A stretch of 64,000 nucleotides of DNA from Candidatus Eiseniibacteriota bacterium (GTDB taxonomy: Bacteria > Eisenbacteria > RBG-16-71-46 > CAVPCR01), in NCBI GenBank assembly GCA_963823555.1, contig CAWGMA010000003.1:149970-213969 (forward strand). Reading direction: 5' to 3'. The notes beneath the pieces were generated by a model. It was not told where the DNA came from. It did no database searches and was given only the letters and a program-made list of their open reading frames with translations. Below are positions 38,499-47,759 of the stretch, in pieces (the stretch's first letter is position 1; each line of letters starts with the position of its first letter). The position numbers were made by a program, and so were the translations under genes.

Positions 38499-41400
38499 AT
38501 GACCCTCGACATCCTCGAGAGCTTCCATCCCGCCGTCGCGCGCTGGTTCGCAGGGGAGCTCGGTCCGCCGACCGAGCCGCAGGTTCGCGGCTGGCCTGCC
38601 ATCCAGGCGCGGCGGAACACGCTCATCGCCGCGCCCACCGGTTCGGGGAAGACGCTGGCCGCGTTCCTGGCCGCCATTGACGCTCTTGTGCGGCAGGGAG
38701 TCGCGCGGGACGGCGTGCTCCCCGATGAGACCCAGGTCGTCTACGTATCGCCGCTGAAGGCGCTCTCCAATGACATCCAGCGCAACCTCGAGGAGCCGCT
38801 CCTGGGCATCGGTCGTGAACTCGAGGCGCTCGGGCTCCCCGCCGCCGGCATCCGGACCTCGGTGCGCACCGGGGACACCCCGGCCGCGGCGCGCCAGGCC
38901 ATGGTCGCGCGCCCGCCGCACCTCTTCGTCACCACCCCGGAGTCGCTGTACATCCTGCTCACGAGCGAGCGCGGGCGGCGCATGCTCGCCACCGCGCACA
39001 CCGTGATCGTCGACGAGATTCACGCCCTCGTGCGCGACAAGCGGGGCTCGCATCTGGCCCTGTCGCTCGAGCGGCTGGCTGCGCTCACGAGCGCGCATCG
39101 AGGCGGGGACCAGGGGCTCGTGCGCATCGGACTCTCCGCGACCCAGCGTCCCATCGACGAGATCGCCCGCTTCCTGGTCGGCGCGGAGCACATCGCAGCC
39201 AACGGCGAGCCAGAGTGCACGATCATCGACGCCGGCCACCGGCGGACCCTCGATCTCGCGCTCGAGCTCCCGCGTTCGCCGCTCGAGGCCGTGATGTCCG
39301 CCGAGGTCTGGACCGAGGTCTACGATCGCCTCGCCGATCTCATCCGCGAGCACCGGACGACACTCGTCTTCGTCAACACCCGGCGGCTCGCCGAACGGTT
39401 GAGCCGGCATCTGAGCGAGCGTCTGGGCGAGGAGCATGTCACGTCCCATCACGGGAGCCTCGCGCGCGAGCAGCGCTTCCTGGCCGAGCAGCGACTCAAG
39501 GCCGGCGAGCTCAAGGCGCTCGTGGCCACCGCGTCGCTCGAGCTGGGCATCGACATCGGTGCCGTCGATCTGGTGTGCCAGATCGGCTCGACGCGCTCGA
39601 TCGCCACGTTCCTGCAGCGAGTCGGCCGTTCCGGGCACCACCTGGCGGGGGTGCCGAAGGGGCGGCTGTTCCCGACCAGCCGCGACGAGCTCGTCGAGTG
39701 CGCGGCGCTGCTCGACTCGGTCGGCCGCGGCGAGCTCGACCGGATCATGATCCCCGAGGCGCCGCTCGACATCCTGGCCCAGCAGATCGTGGCCGCGGTG
39801 GCCGCCGAGGAGTGGAGCGAGGACGAGCTCTTCGACTCGTACGCCGCGCCCATCCGTTCCGCCGACTCGCGCGCGAGCGACTTCGATCAGGTGGTCGGGC
39901 ATGCTCGCCGACGGCTTCACGACGCGGCGCGGCCGGCGCGGCGCCTATCTCCACCGCGATCAGGTGAACGGGCGCTTGCGGGCCCGGCGCGGGGCGCGGC
40001 TCGCCGCCATCACATCGGGCGGCGCCATCCCGGACACCGCCGACTACGAGGTCGTGCTCGAGCCCGCCGGGACTCTCGTCGGCACGGTGAACGAGGACTT
40101 CGCCATCGAGAGCATGGCGGGCGACATCTTCCAGCTCGGCAACGCCTCGTGGCGGATCCTGCGCATCGAGCCGGGTCGCGTTCGCGTCGAGGATGCGCGC
40201 GGCGAGCCGCCGACGATCCCGTTCTGGTTCGGCGAGGCGCCGGGCCGCACCGCGGAGCTGTCGTCGTCGGTGTCGCGCTTCCGCTCCGCGGTGGCGGAGC
40301 GTCTGCTGCAGGGGGGGCCCGCGGCGGCACGCGCGTGGCTCGAAGCGGAGATCGGAATCGCTCGCCCTGCCGCCGAGCAGATCGTCGATTACCTGGGCGC
40401 GGCGCGCGCGGCGCTCGGGGTCATGCCGACGCAGGAGACCATCGTGGTCGAACGCTTCTTCGACGAGAGCGGCGGCATGCAGCTCGTCGTGCACGCGCCC
40501 TTCGGCAGCCGTCTCAATCGCGCCTGGGGGCTGTCGTTGCGCAAGCGCTTCTGCCAGCGCTTCAACTTCGAGCTGCAGGCGGCGGCCACCGAGGACGCGA
40601 TCGTGCTCTCGCTCGGCCCCACGCACAGCTTCCCGCTCGACGCGATCTTCGGGTTCCTCAGCTCGGCCACCGTGCGCGACGTGCTGGTGCAGGCGCTGCT
40701 GGCCGCACCCATGTTCGCCACCCGCTGGCGCTGGAACACGACCCGCGCCCTCGCGGTGCTGCGCTTCCGCGGCGGCCGCAAGGTGCCACCCCGCTTCCAG
40801 CGCATGGACGCCGACGATCTGCTCGCGCTCGTCTTTCCCGATCAGGTCGCGTGCCTCGAGAACCTGCGCCGGGCCCGCGCAGGTTCCCGAGCATCCGCTC
40901 GTTCTCGAGACCATTCGCGACTGCCTGGACGAGGCGATGGACATCGAGGCGCTGGAATCGCTGCTGACATCGATCGAGAGCGGCGAGCGGGAGCTCGTGG
41001 CCCGCGATCTGACCGAGCCCTCGCCGCTGGCACAGGAGATCCTGAGCGCGCGTCCCTACGCGTTTCTCGACGACGCGCCGCTCGAGGAGCGGCGGACACA
41101 GGCGGTCTTGAGCCGGCGCTGGCTCGATCCGGAAACGGCATCCGATCTGGGCGCGCTCGATGCGAGCGCGATCGAACGCGTGCGCGCCGAGGCCTGGCCC
41201 CAGGTGGAGACCGCCGACGAGCTGCACGACGCGATGTGCCTGCTCGGCGGTCTGACCGCGGCCGAGATGGAAGCCGAGCCGCGCTGGCGCGAGCTTCTCG
41301 CCGGGCTGGTCACCGCTCGCCGCGCGACCCGGCTCGAGGTCCCAACCGGCCCTTCGCTGTGGGTGGCCGCCGAGCGCCTACCCGAGCTCGGCGCGCTCCA

Positions 41401-42883
41401 TCCGGAGGCGCGGCTCGATCCGCCGATCACCGCCCCGGCCGCGCCGGCGGCGCGGGTGTGGACGCCGGACGAGGCGCTGGTCGAGATCGTGCGCGGGCGC
41501 CTCGAGAGCTCGGGGCCCGTCGTGGCCACGGCCCTCGCCCGCGCGCTCGCGGTCGCGCCGGGAGCGATCGCCGCGGCGCTCGCCGCTCTCGAGAGCGAGG
41601 GCTTCGCTCTTCGCGGCCGCTTCACGCCGGGGACGGCCGAGACCGAATGGTGCGAGCGCCGGCTTCTCGCCCGCATCCATCGCTACACGCTCCATCGCCT
41701 GCGAAGCGAGATCGAGCCGGTCTCGAGCGCCGACTTCATGCGCTTCCTCTGCTCGTGGCAACGGGTGACACCGTCCCGCCGCATGGCCGGTCCGGAGGCG
41801 CTCGCGCTCATCCTCGAGCAGCTCGCCGGCTTCGAGGCCCCGGCGGCGTCGTGGGAGAGCGAGATCCTGACGGCACGCCTTGGCGAGTACGATCCACTAT
41901 GGCTCGACGGACTCTGCCTCTCCGGCCGTGTCGCCTGGCTCCGGCTCACGCCGCCGCGAGCGAACGGGAAACGACGCGGGCGCGTGGCGCCGGTGCGCTC
42001 CACTCCGATCGCCATCATTCCGCGCGAGCATCTGGGGGCATGGCGGGAGGCCATGCCGCCGGTTTCGCTGGATGCCTCACCGCTGTCTCCCGACGGCCGT
42101 CGCGTGCTCGACTTCCTGATCCACGACGGTGCGTCGTTCTTTCCCGAGATCGGACGCGGAACGGGGCTTCTGCGCACGCAGGTCGAGGCGGCGCTCGCCG
42201 AGCTGGTGGCGCATGGGCTCGCCACGGCCGACAGCTTCACGGGACTCCGGGCGCTGCTCACGCCGTCGGCCGCGCGCCCGCCGCTTGGCGGGCGGCGCCG
42301 GCGCCGCCGCGGCGCTGTGTTCGGCATGGAGACGGCGGGGCGCTGGACCCGCGTCACTCCCGGGGAGGGGCTGACCGGCGATCACACGGTCCGCGATGGG
42401 CCGGCGGCCGAGACGATCGCGCGCGCGTTGCTCCTGCGCTATGGCGTCGTCTTCCGGCGGCTGGCGGTCCGCGAGGGCACGCTCCCGCCATGGCGCGATC
42501 TCTTGCGCGTCTATCGCCGGCTCGAGGCGCGGGGCGAGATCCGAGGTGGCCGTTTCGTGGCCGGGTTCGCCGGGGAGCAGTACGCGCTGCCCGAGGCCGT
42601 GAGCTACGTGCGCGCGACCCGGCGCGAGACGGGGAGCGGCGAGCTCATCGCGGTGAGCGCGGCCGATCCGCTCAATCTGCTCGGGATCATCACGCCCGGG
42701 GAACGACTCCCCGCGCTCACGGGGAACCGGATCCTCTTTCGTGATGGGGTGCCGATCGCGGTCCGCGAGGCGCGGGCCGTGCGTTTCCTCGTCGATCTCA
42801 CCACGACGGAGCAGACCGAAGCCGAGCGTGTCCTCCTGCGCCGGCGGGTCGCGCTGCAATGGCGCGCCTACATGGGGCGGTGA
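38499..42883 (+). pseudogene. lhr: Lhr-family ATP-dependent DEAD/DEAH-box helicase (about 1460 aa), interrupted by two single-nucleotide frameshifts
   Basis: Motif [14 protein letters not shown] and an Lhr-type C-terminal domain are present. Three consecutive ORFs in frames 0, 1 and 2 (38499-, 39901-, 40193-42883) carry contiguous Lhr sequence. The junctions are ...FDQVVG|MLADGF... at about 39898 (extra C in gggCatg) and ...ENL|[12 protein letters not shown]... at about 40870 (extra C in ctgCgcc). Confidence 0.82.
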
Positions 42884-42904
42884 GTCTGACGAGCGGGGAT
42901 CCGG

Positions 42905-43507
42905 TCAGGGCGCGGAGTCCACGGCGGGGATCAGGCGCAGGGCACGCTCCCTGATCAGGTCCTCGTCGCGACACCCGCGAAAGACAGCGAGCACTCCATC
43001 CAGGTCGCCCTCGACGCCGCCGCGGCCCTTGAATTCAAGAGCGTGCGCGGGGACGTAGCTGTGCACGCCGCCCGCACCCGGTTCCACGGTCTCCTTGAAG
43101 GCGGTATCTCCGGTGAGGGTGACCCCCTCCGGCAGCTGGCTCAAGAAGAGACGGATCTTGGCCGCATGGGCCGGGGAGTAGACGGCGAGCGAGAAATCGA
43201 AGCGAGCTCCGGCAATCCCGCGTTCGCTCCGCAGATGCACCTGGCGTTGCTCGGCGATCGGATCCGCGATCGCTTGTCGGACCTCGGGGAGCGCCTCGGC
43301 GGGGACCAGGAAGTGCATGACCGCGTTGTCCGGATGCAACAGGTCGCGCAAGCGCTCGATCAGGCTGTCACCGGCGAAGCCCTCGGCCTCGGCATCGAGC
43401 ACCGGCGCATGGATACCGCTGCCGCGCAGGAAGCCCTGGATGAAGCCGAAGGTCCAGGGCCGGGGCCCCTCGATCACGAGCTCGTGGTATGGACTCGGCA
43501 TCGACAC
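42905..43507 (-). CDS. Hypothetical protein of 200 aa
   Basis: Complete ORF with G/C-biased third codon positions. No recognisable motif. Convergent with lhr, with a 21-nt gap. Confidence 0.45.
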   Translation of the reverse strand: MSMPSPYHELVIEGPRPWTFGFIQGFLRGSGIHAPVLDAEAEGFAGDSLIERLRDLLHPDNAVMHFLVPAEALPEVRQAIADPIAEQRQVHLRSERGIAGARFDFSLAVYSPAHAAKIRLFLSQLPEGVTLTGDTAFKETVEPGAGGVHSYVPAHALEFKGRGGVEGDLDGVLAVFRGCRDEDLIRERALRLIPAVDSAP

Positions 43508-43523
43508 ACCTCCGCGCCCGGTT

Positions 43524-45047
43524 CTAGAAGAAGATCCAGGCTGTGACCAAGAATACCGGAATCAGGACCGGTACGGCCCAGCGCAAGAGATAGCCGAAGA
43601 AGGACGGCATGGCCACGCCGGCCTCGTCAGCGATCGACTTGACCATGAAGTTGGGAGCGTTTCCGATGTAGGTGTTGGCTCCCATGAACACGGCTCCGGC
43701 CGAGATCGCCGCCAGGTAGCGCACGTGTTCCACCGTCAGGCGATGCACGGCGGTGAGTTCCGGGACTCCCGCGTAGAAGCGTCCGAGCTCTGCATTGAAG
43801 AAGGTGAGGTACGTCGGGGCATTGTCGAGGAACGAGGACAGAGCCCCCGTGATCCAGAAGAAATCGGCCGGTTGGTTGAGACTGCTGATGACGAAGGCCA
43901 GGGGGCCCCGCTCGCCGGCCTTGAGAATGGCCAGCGCGGGGATGATGGTCATGAAGATCCCGGCGAAGAGAATGGCGACCTCGCGAATCGGCGCCCAGGT
44001 GAAGCCGTTCGCCTGCCGCAGCACCCTCCGGGTCGTCGCCAGGGAGAGCAATCCCATGACCACGATGAGCGCGTCGCGCGACAGGTTCTGGGCCTTGAGA
44101 TGCAAGCTGCCCAGAGCCAGGGTCGGACCGTGCCAGAGCCCGGATAGCAGCACCGCTCCGACGATGCCGGCGAGGAAGAGGAAGTTGTGGGCGCCGTCGA
44201 GTCGGAGCCGTTCGCGGGGCGTGTCCTCGACTTGTTCCGGGGCCGGCGGCACACCGGCGGCGAGGGCGGCGGCCGATTCCGCGGCCTGGGCGGCCCGGGC
44301 CGCGGCAGCGTCGCGAGCCTCGCGCCGGTAGTAGTGCCGGTCGATGACATAGAACAGGGCGAGAACCGTGCCCGCGACGAAGGCGGTGATGGGCAGGAGA
44401 CGCAGAGTCCAGAAGAACGGCACGCCGCGCAGGAAGCCAAGGAAGAGCGGGGGATCACCGAGCGGCGTCAGGGAGCCGCCGATGTTGGATACGAGGAAGA
44501 TGAAGAAGACGACGACATGCACCTTGTGCTTGCGGCGAGCATTGGCCCTCAGTGTGGGGCGAATGAGGAGCATGGAAGCACCGGTTGTTCCCATCCAGGA
44601 GGCGAGCAATGTTCCGGTCAGGATGAGCGCCGTGTTGACAGGTGGCGTGCCGGCGAACGTTCCGCGCAGGACGACGCCACCGGCGACCGTGAACAGACCC
44701 CACAGGAGAATGATGAAGGGGAGATAGTCGAGCAGATAGGTGTGGAGGATCTCGGTCCATGCGGCACCGCGGTAGGCGGCGAGGAAGGGGATGGCGAACG
44801 AGAGCGCGATGGCCAGCGTGAGCTTGGGATAGTGGTGGTGCCAGAACCGCGGGGCCAGGAGCGGCCCGAGGGCGATGGCGAGCAAGGTGGCGACGAAGGG
44901 GAGCGCCGACCACATGGGCAAGACCTCGCCCAGCTCCGCCGCCTCGCCTCCCGGAGCAGTGGTTGCCGCCAGGAGGGTCGCCGCCTGAAAGATGGCAAGG
45001 AGGCTCGCGGTGAGGGCGAGGGCCAGCCGCCGCCATGGTCTAAACAT
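43524..45047 (-). CDS. NhaD/ArsB-type ion transporter (sodium:proton antiporter family)
   Basis: About 12-13 TM helices with two inverted repeat halves, typical of the NhaD / citrate-transporter-like superfamily. 507 aa. Confidence 0.7.
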   Translation of the reverse strand: MFRPWRRLALALTASLLAIFQAATLLAATTAPGGEAAELGEVLPMWSALPFVATLLAIALGPLLAPRFWHHHYPKLTLAIALSFAIPFLAAYRGAAWTEILHTYLLDYLPFIILLWGLFTVAGGVVLRGTFAGTPPVNTALILTGTLLASWMGTTGASMLLIRPTLRANARRKHKVHVVVFFIFLVSNIGGSLTPLGDPPLFLGFLRGVPFFWTLRLLPITAFVAGTVLALFYVIDRHYYRREARDAAAARAAQAAESAAALAAGVPPAPEQVEDTPRERLRLDGAHNFLFLAGIVGAVLLSGLWHGPTLALGSLHLKAQNLSRDALIVVMGLLSLATTRRVLRQANGFTWAPIREVAILFAGIFMTIIPALAILKAGERGPLAFVISSLNQPADFFWITGALSSFLDNAPTYLTFFNAELGRFYAGVPELTAVHRLTVEHVRYLAAISAGAVFMGANTYIGNAPNFMVKSIADEAGVAMPSFFGYLLRWAVPVLIPVFLVTAWIFF

Positions 45048-45139
45048 CTATTACATAATCACTTAGCAAATCTCATATAGTCATGGTAGAATGAAGGGCT
45101 GTGCTGGTGCCGCATCCGTTCACTCCTGGGGGATCGACC

Positions 45140-47650
45140 ATGAGATATCTCATCTTCGCCTTGCTTGCGTCCACGCTTACCTTCGGCGCCGCACATCCAG
45201 CCCTCTCGGCTCAGCCCGGGCAGGCGCTCATCTTGGTCGAGAACCCCGGCCCGCAAACGGCGGCGGCGCTCCTGGCGGAAGACCTCATGGTGGTTCGTGA
45301 CCTGGGCAGCATCCTTCTCGTCGTGGCCTCTCCCGAACGCCTCGCCGCGCTGGATGCCGCGGATCTCGAGTGGCGGATCCTCGACACGAGCCTGGAGGGC
45401 AAGACGTACTACACGGCCGGAGTTCCGGCCGGCGCCGATCTCGCCGCCATCGCGCCCGGGACGCGCGTCTTGTGGTCGGCGGGCACGGATGCTGTCATGG
45501 TCGCCACATCCGAGCAAGTGGATCAGATCTCGGGCGCTTCCATCGAGGTCGCCCGGGTCTTCATGCGCCCGATCCGCGTCCCGGCCGCGGCCCGCCCCCT
45601 GCCGCCGGCAATGGCGCTCGATCCCGATCCGGCGATCCAGCAGATGGTGGACCAGGTCTCGATCGCAGGCGTCACGGCCATGGTCCAGCGCATGCAGAAC
45701 TTCGTCACTCGCCACTCGGCGACGGACAGCGCCGATGCGGCGGCACGCTGGGTCCATGACCAGTTCGTGTCCTTCGGCATCGACAGCGTCTACTACCAGC
45801 ACTGGAGCAGCACCTACAGCGACAACGTCGTCGCCTCCATCCCCGGGACGCGCTTCCCCGAGCGGGTCGTCGTCATCGGCGGCCACTACGATTCGACAAC
45901 CGGATCCTCTACGGCCCCAGCTCCGGGAGCCGATGATGATGCCTCCGGCACCGCCTGCGTTCTCGAGTGCGCGCGCATCCTGAGCCAGTACCCGCACGAC
46001 TACACGATCACCTTCGTCGCCTTCGCGGGCGAGGAGCAGGGCCTTCTCGGCAGCGAGGCCTACGCCAGCCAGGCGCGGACCAACGGCGACGACATCCTGG
46101 GCATGGTCCAGGTGGACATGATCGGGTACCTGCAGGCGGGCGATCTCCTCGATCTCGACATCATCTCCAACTCGGGCTCGGCCTGGATCCGCGACCTCGT
46201 AGTCGAGGTCGGCGGCTTCTACGTCCCGGGCTTCTCGATCGTGCCCGGTTCGCTGCCAGGCGGGGCCAGCAGCGACCACGCCTCCTTCTGGGCCGCCGGT
46301 TACGACGCCGTCCTCTTCTTCGAGGACAGCGGGGCCTACAGCCCCTACATCCACACCACGAACGATGTGATCGGTGTCAGCTACAACTCGGAGGCGCTGG
46401 CGGAGCGATCGGTCAAGACCGCGGTCGGCCTCCTGGCGACGATGGCGAAGGCGCCGGCCGTGGTCATGACCCACACGCCGCTCGGGAACACGACCGATAT
46501 CCTGAACCCGTATCGCGTGGTGGCCGAGGTCAGCGCCCTCGAGGCTCTCAACCCCGATTCGACCTTCGTCCGCTACTCGACTCAGGCCGGCACCTTCGAT
46601 GTGCCGCTCACCGTGACCGCGAATCCGAACGAGTACGAGGGCTTCATCCCGGCCCAGCAGGGCGGCACCTTCGTCGATTACTACGTCTCGGTCCAGGGCG
46701 TGAGCGGCTACCGGGTGACGAGCCCGGCCGATGCACCGCTCACCTGGCATCGCTTCTTCGTCGGACAGATCACGACGGCGTTCAACGACGAGTTCGAGGC
46801 CGATAGCGGCTGGACCGTCGGGGACACCGGCGACAACGCGACCGCAGGCATCTGGGTGCGCGCCGATCCGGTCGGTTCTTACAGCGGCACCTCCCCGGTG
46901 CAGCCGGAGGACGATCACACGCCGGCCCCGGGGGTCGCCTGCTGGGTGACGGGGAACGCGGCACCAGGGCAGAGCCAGGGTACGAACGACGTCGACAACG
47001 GCAAGACCACGGTCAAGAGCCCGATCTACGATCTCTCCGGGCTCCAGAACGCCGGGGTCCGCTACTACCGCTGGTTCACGAACGACACCGGATCGGGGCC
47101 GGAGACGGACGAGTGGGCGGTGGATGCCTCCTCGGACGGCGGTGCGACCTGGGTGCGGATCGAGACCGCGCTCACCAGCGATCGCAGCTGGCGGCTGGTC
47201 GAGCGCTGGCTCGCGGACTACATCCAGCTCACCTCGCAGGTGCGCTTCCGCTTCATCGCGCGCGACGACTCGCCCGGCTCGATCGTCGAGGCGGCGGTCG
47301 ACGATTTCGCGATCGTCGTCTACGAGCAGCCGTCGTCGGCGGTGTCCTCGCCGGAGCCGGTGGCGCCGCGCCAGGTGGTGCTCGAGCCGGTGAAGCCGAA
47401 TCCCTTCAACCCCTGGACCGAGATCCGCTTCACGGTACCCGAACCGGGAGGCAAGGTGCGGCTCGCCATCTTCGACGTCACGGGGCGGGAGGTGCGCGTC
47501 CTCGCCGATGGCGAGCTCCTGGCCGGCACGACGGCTCTGACCTGGGACGGCCGGGACGGCGCGGGAGCGGCGATGCCCTCCGCGGTCTACTTCTGCCGGC
47601 TCGAGGCGGCGGGCGAGTCGCGTGTGCAGAAGCTCGTGCTCGTGCGGTAG
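45140..47650 (+). CDS. M28 family zinc aminopeptidase with FlgD-Ig/T9SS-like C-terminal domain, secreted
   Basis: Signal peptide MRYLIFALLASTLTFGAAHPALSA. M28 metal-binding motifs are present (HYDS...ADDDASGTA...FAGEEQGLLGS...DHASF). The C-terminus reads ...PNPFNPWTEIRFTVPEPGGKVRLAIFDVTGREVRVLADGELLAGTTALTWDGRDGAGAAMPSAVYFCRLEAAGESRVQKLV. Confidence 0.85.
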   Translation: MRYLIFALLASTLTFGAAHPALSAQPGQALILVENPGPQTAAALLAEDLMVVRDLGSILLVVASPERLAALDAADLEWRILDTSLEGKTYYTAGVPAGADLAAIAPGTRVLWSAGTDAVMVATSEQVDQISGASIEVARVFMRPIRVPAAARPLPPAMALDPDPAIQQMVDQVSIAGVTAMVQRMQNFVTRHSATDSADAAARWVHDQFVSFGIDSVYYQHWSSTYSDNVVASIPGTRFPERVVVIGGHYDSTTGSSTAPAPGADDDASGTACVLECARILSQYPHDYTITFVAFAGEEQGLLGSEAYASQARTNGDDILGMVQVDMIGYLQAGDLLDLDIISNSGSAWIRDLVVEVGGFYVPGFSIVPGSLPGGASSDHASFWAAGYDAVLFFEDSGAYSPYIHTTNDVIGVSYNSEALAERSVKTAVGLLATMAKAPAVVMTHTPLGNTTDILNPYRVVAEVSALEALNPDSTFVRYSTQAGTFDVPLTVTANPNEYEGFIPAQQGGTFVDYYVSVQGVSGYRVTSPADAPLTWHRFFVGQITTAFNDEFEADSGWTVGDTGDNATAGIWVRADPVGSYSGTSPVQPEDDHTPAPGVACWVTGNAAPGQSQGTNDVDNGKTTVKSPIYDLSGLQNAGVRYYRWFTNDTGSGPETDEWAVDASSDGGATWVRIETALTSDRSWRLVERWLADYIQLTSQVRFRFIARDDSPGSIVEAAVDDFAIVVYEQPSSAVSSPEPVAPRQVVLEPVKPNPFNPWTEIRFTVPEPGGKVRLAIFDVTGREVRVLADGELLAGTTALTWDGRDGAGAAMPSAVYFCRLEAAGESRVQKLVLVR

Positions 47651-47759
47651 TTCGAGGTCGCCAGGCGACTGATCAGCGGGCGGGAGGCGTTCCCATCGCC
47701 TCCCGCTCTTCTTTCCACTGTCGGGCGCCCCGGGGCCGGCCGAGTGCTATGCTCCCGGC

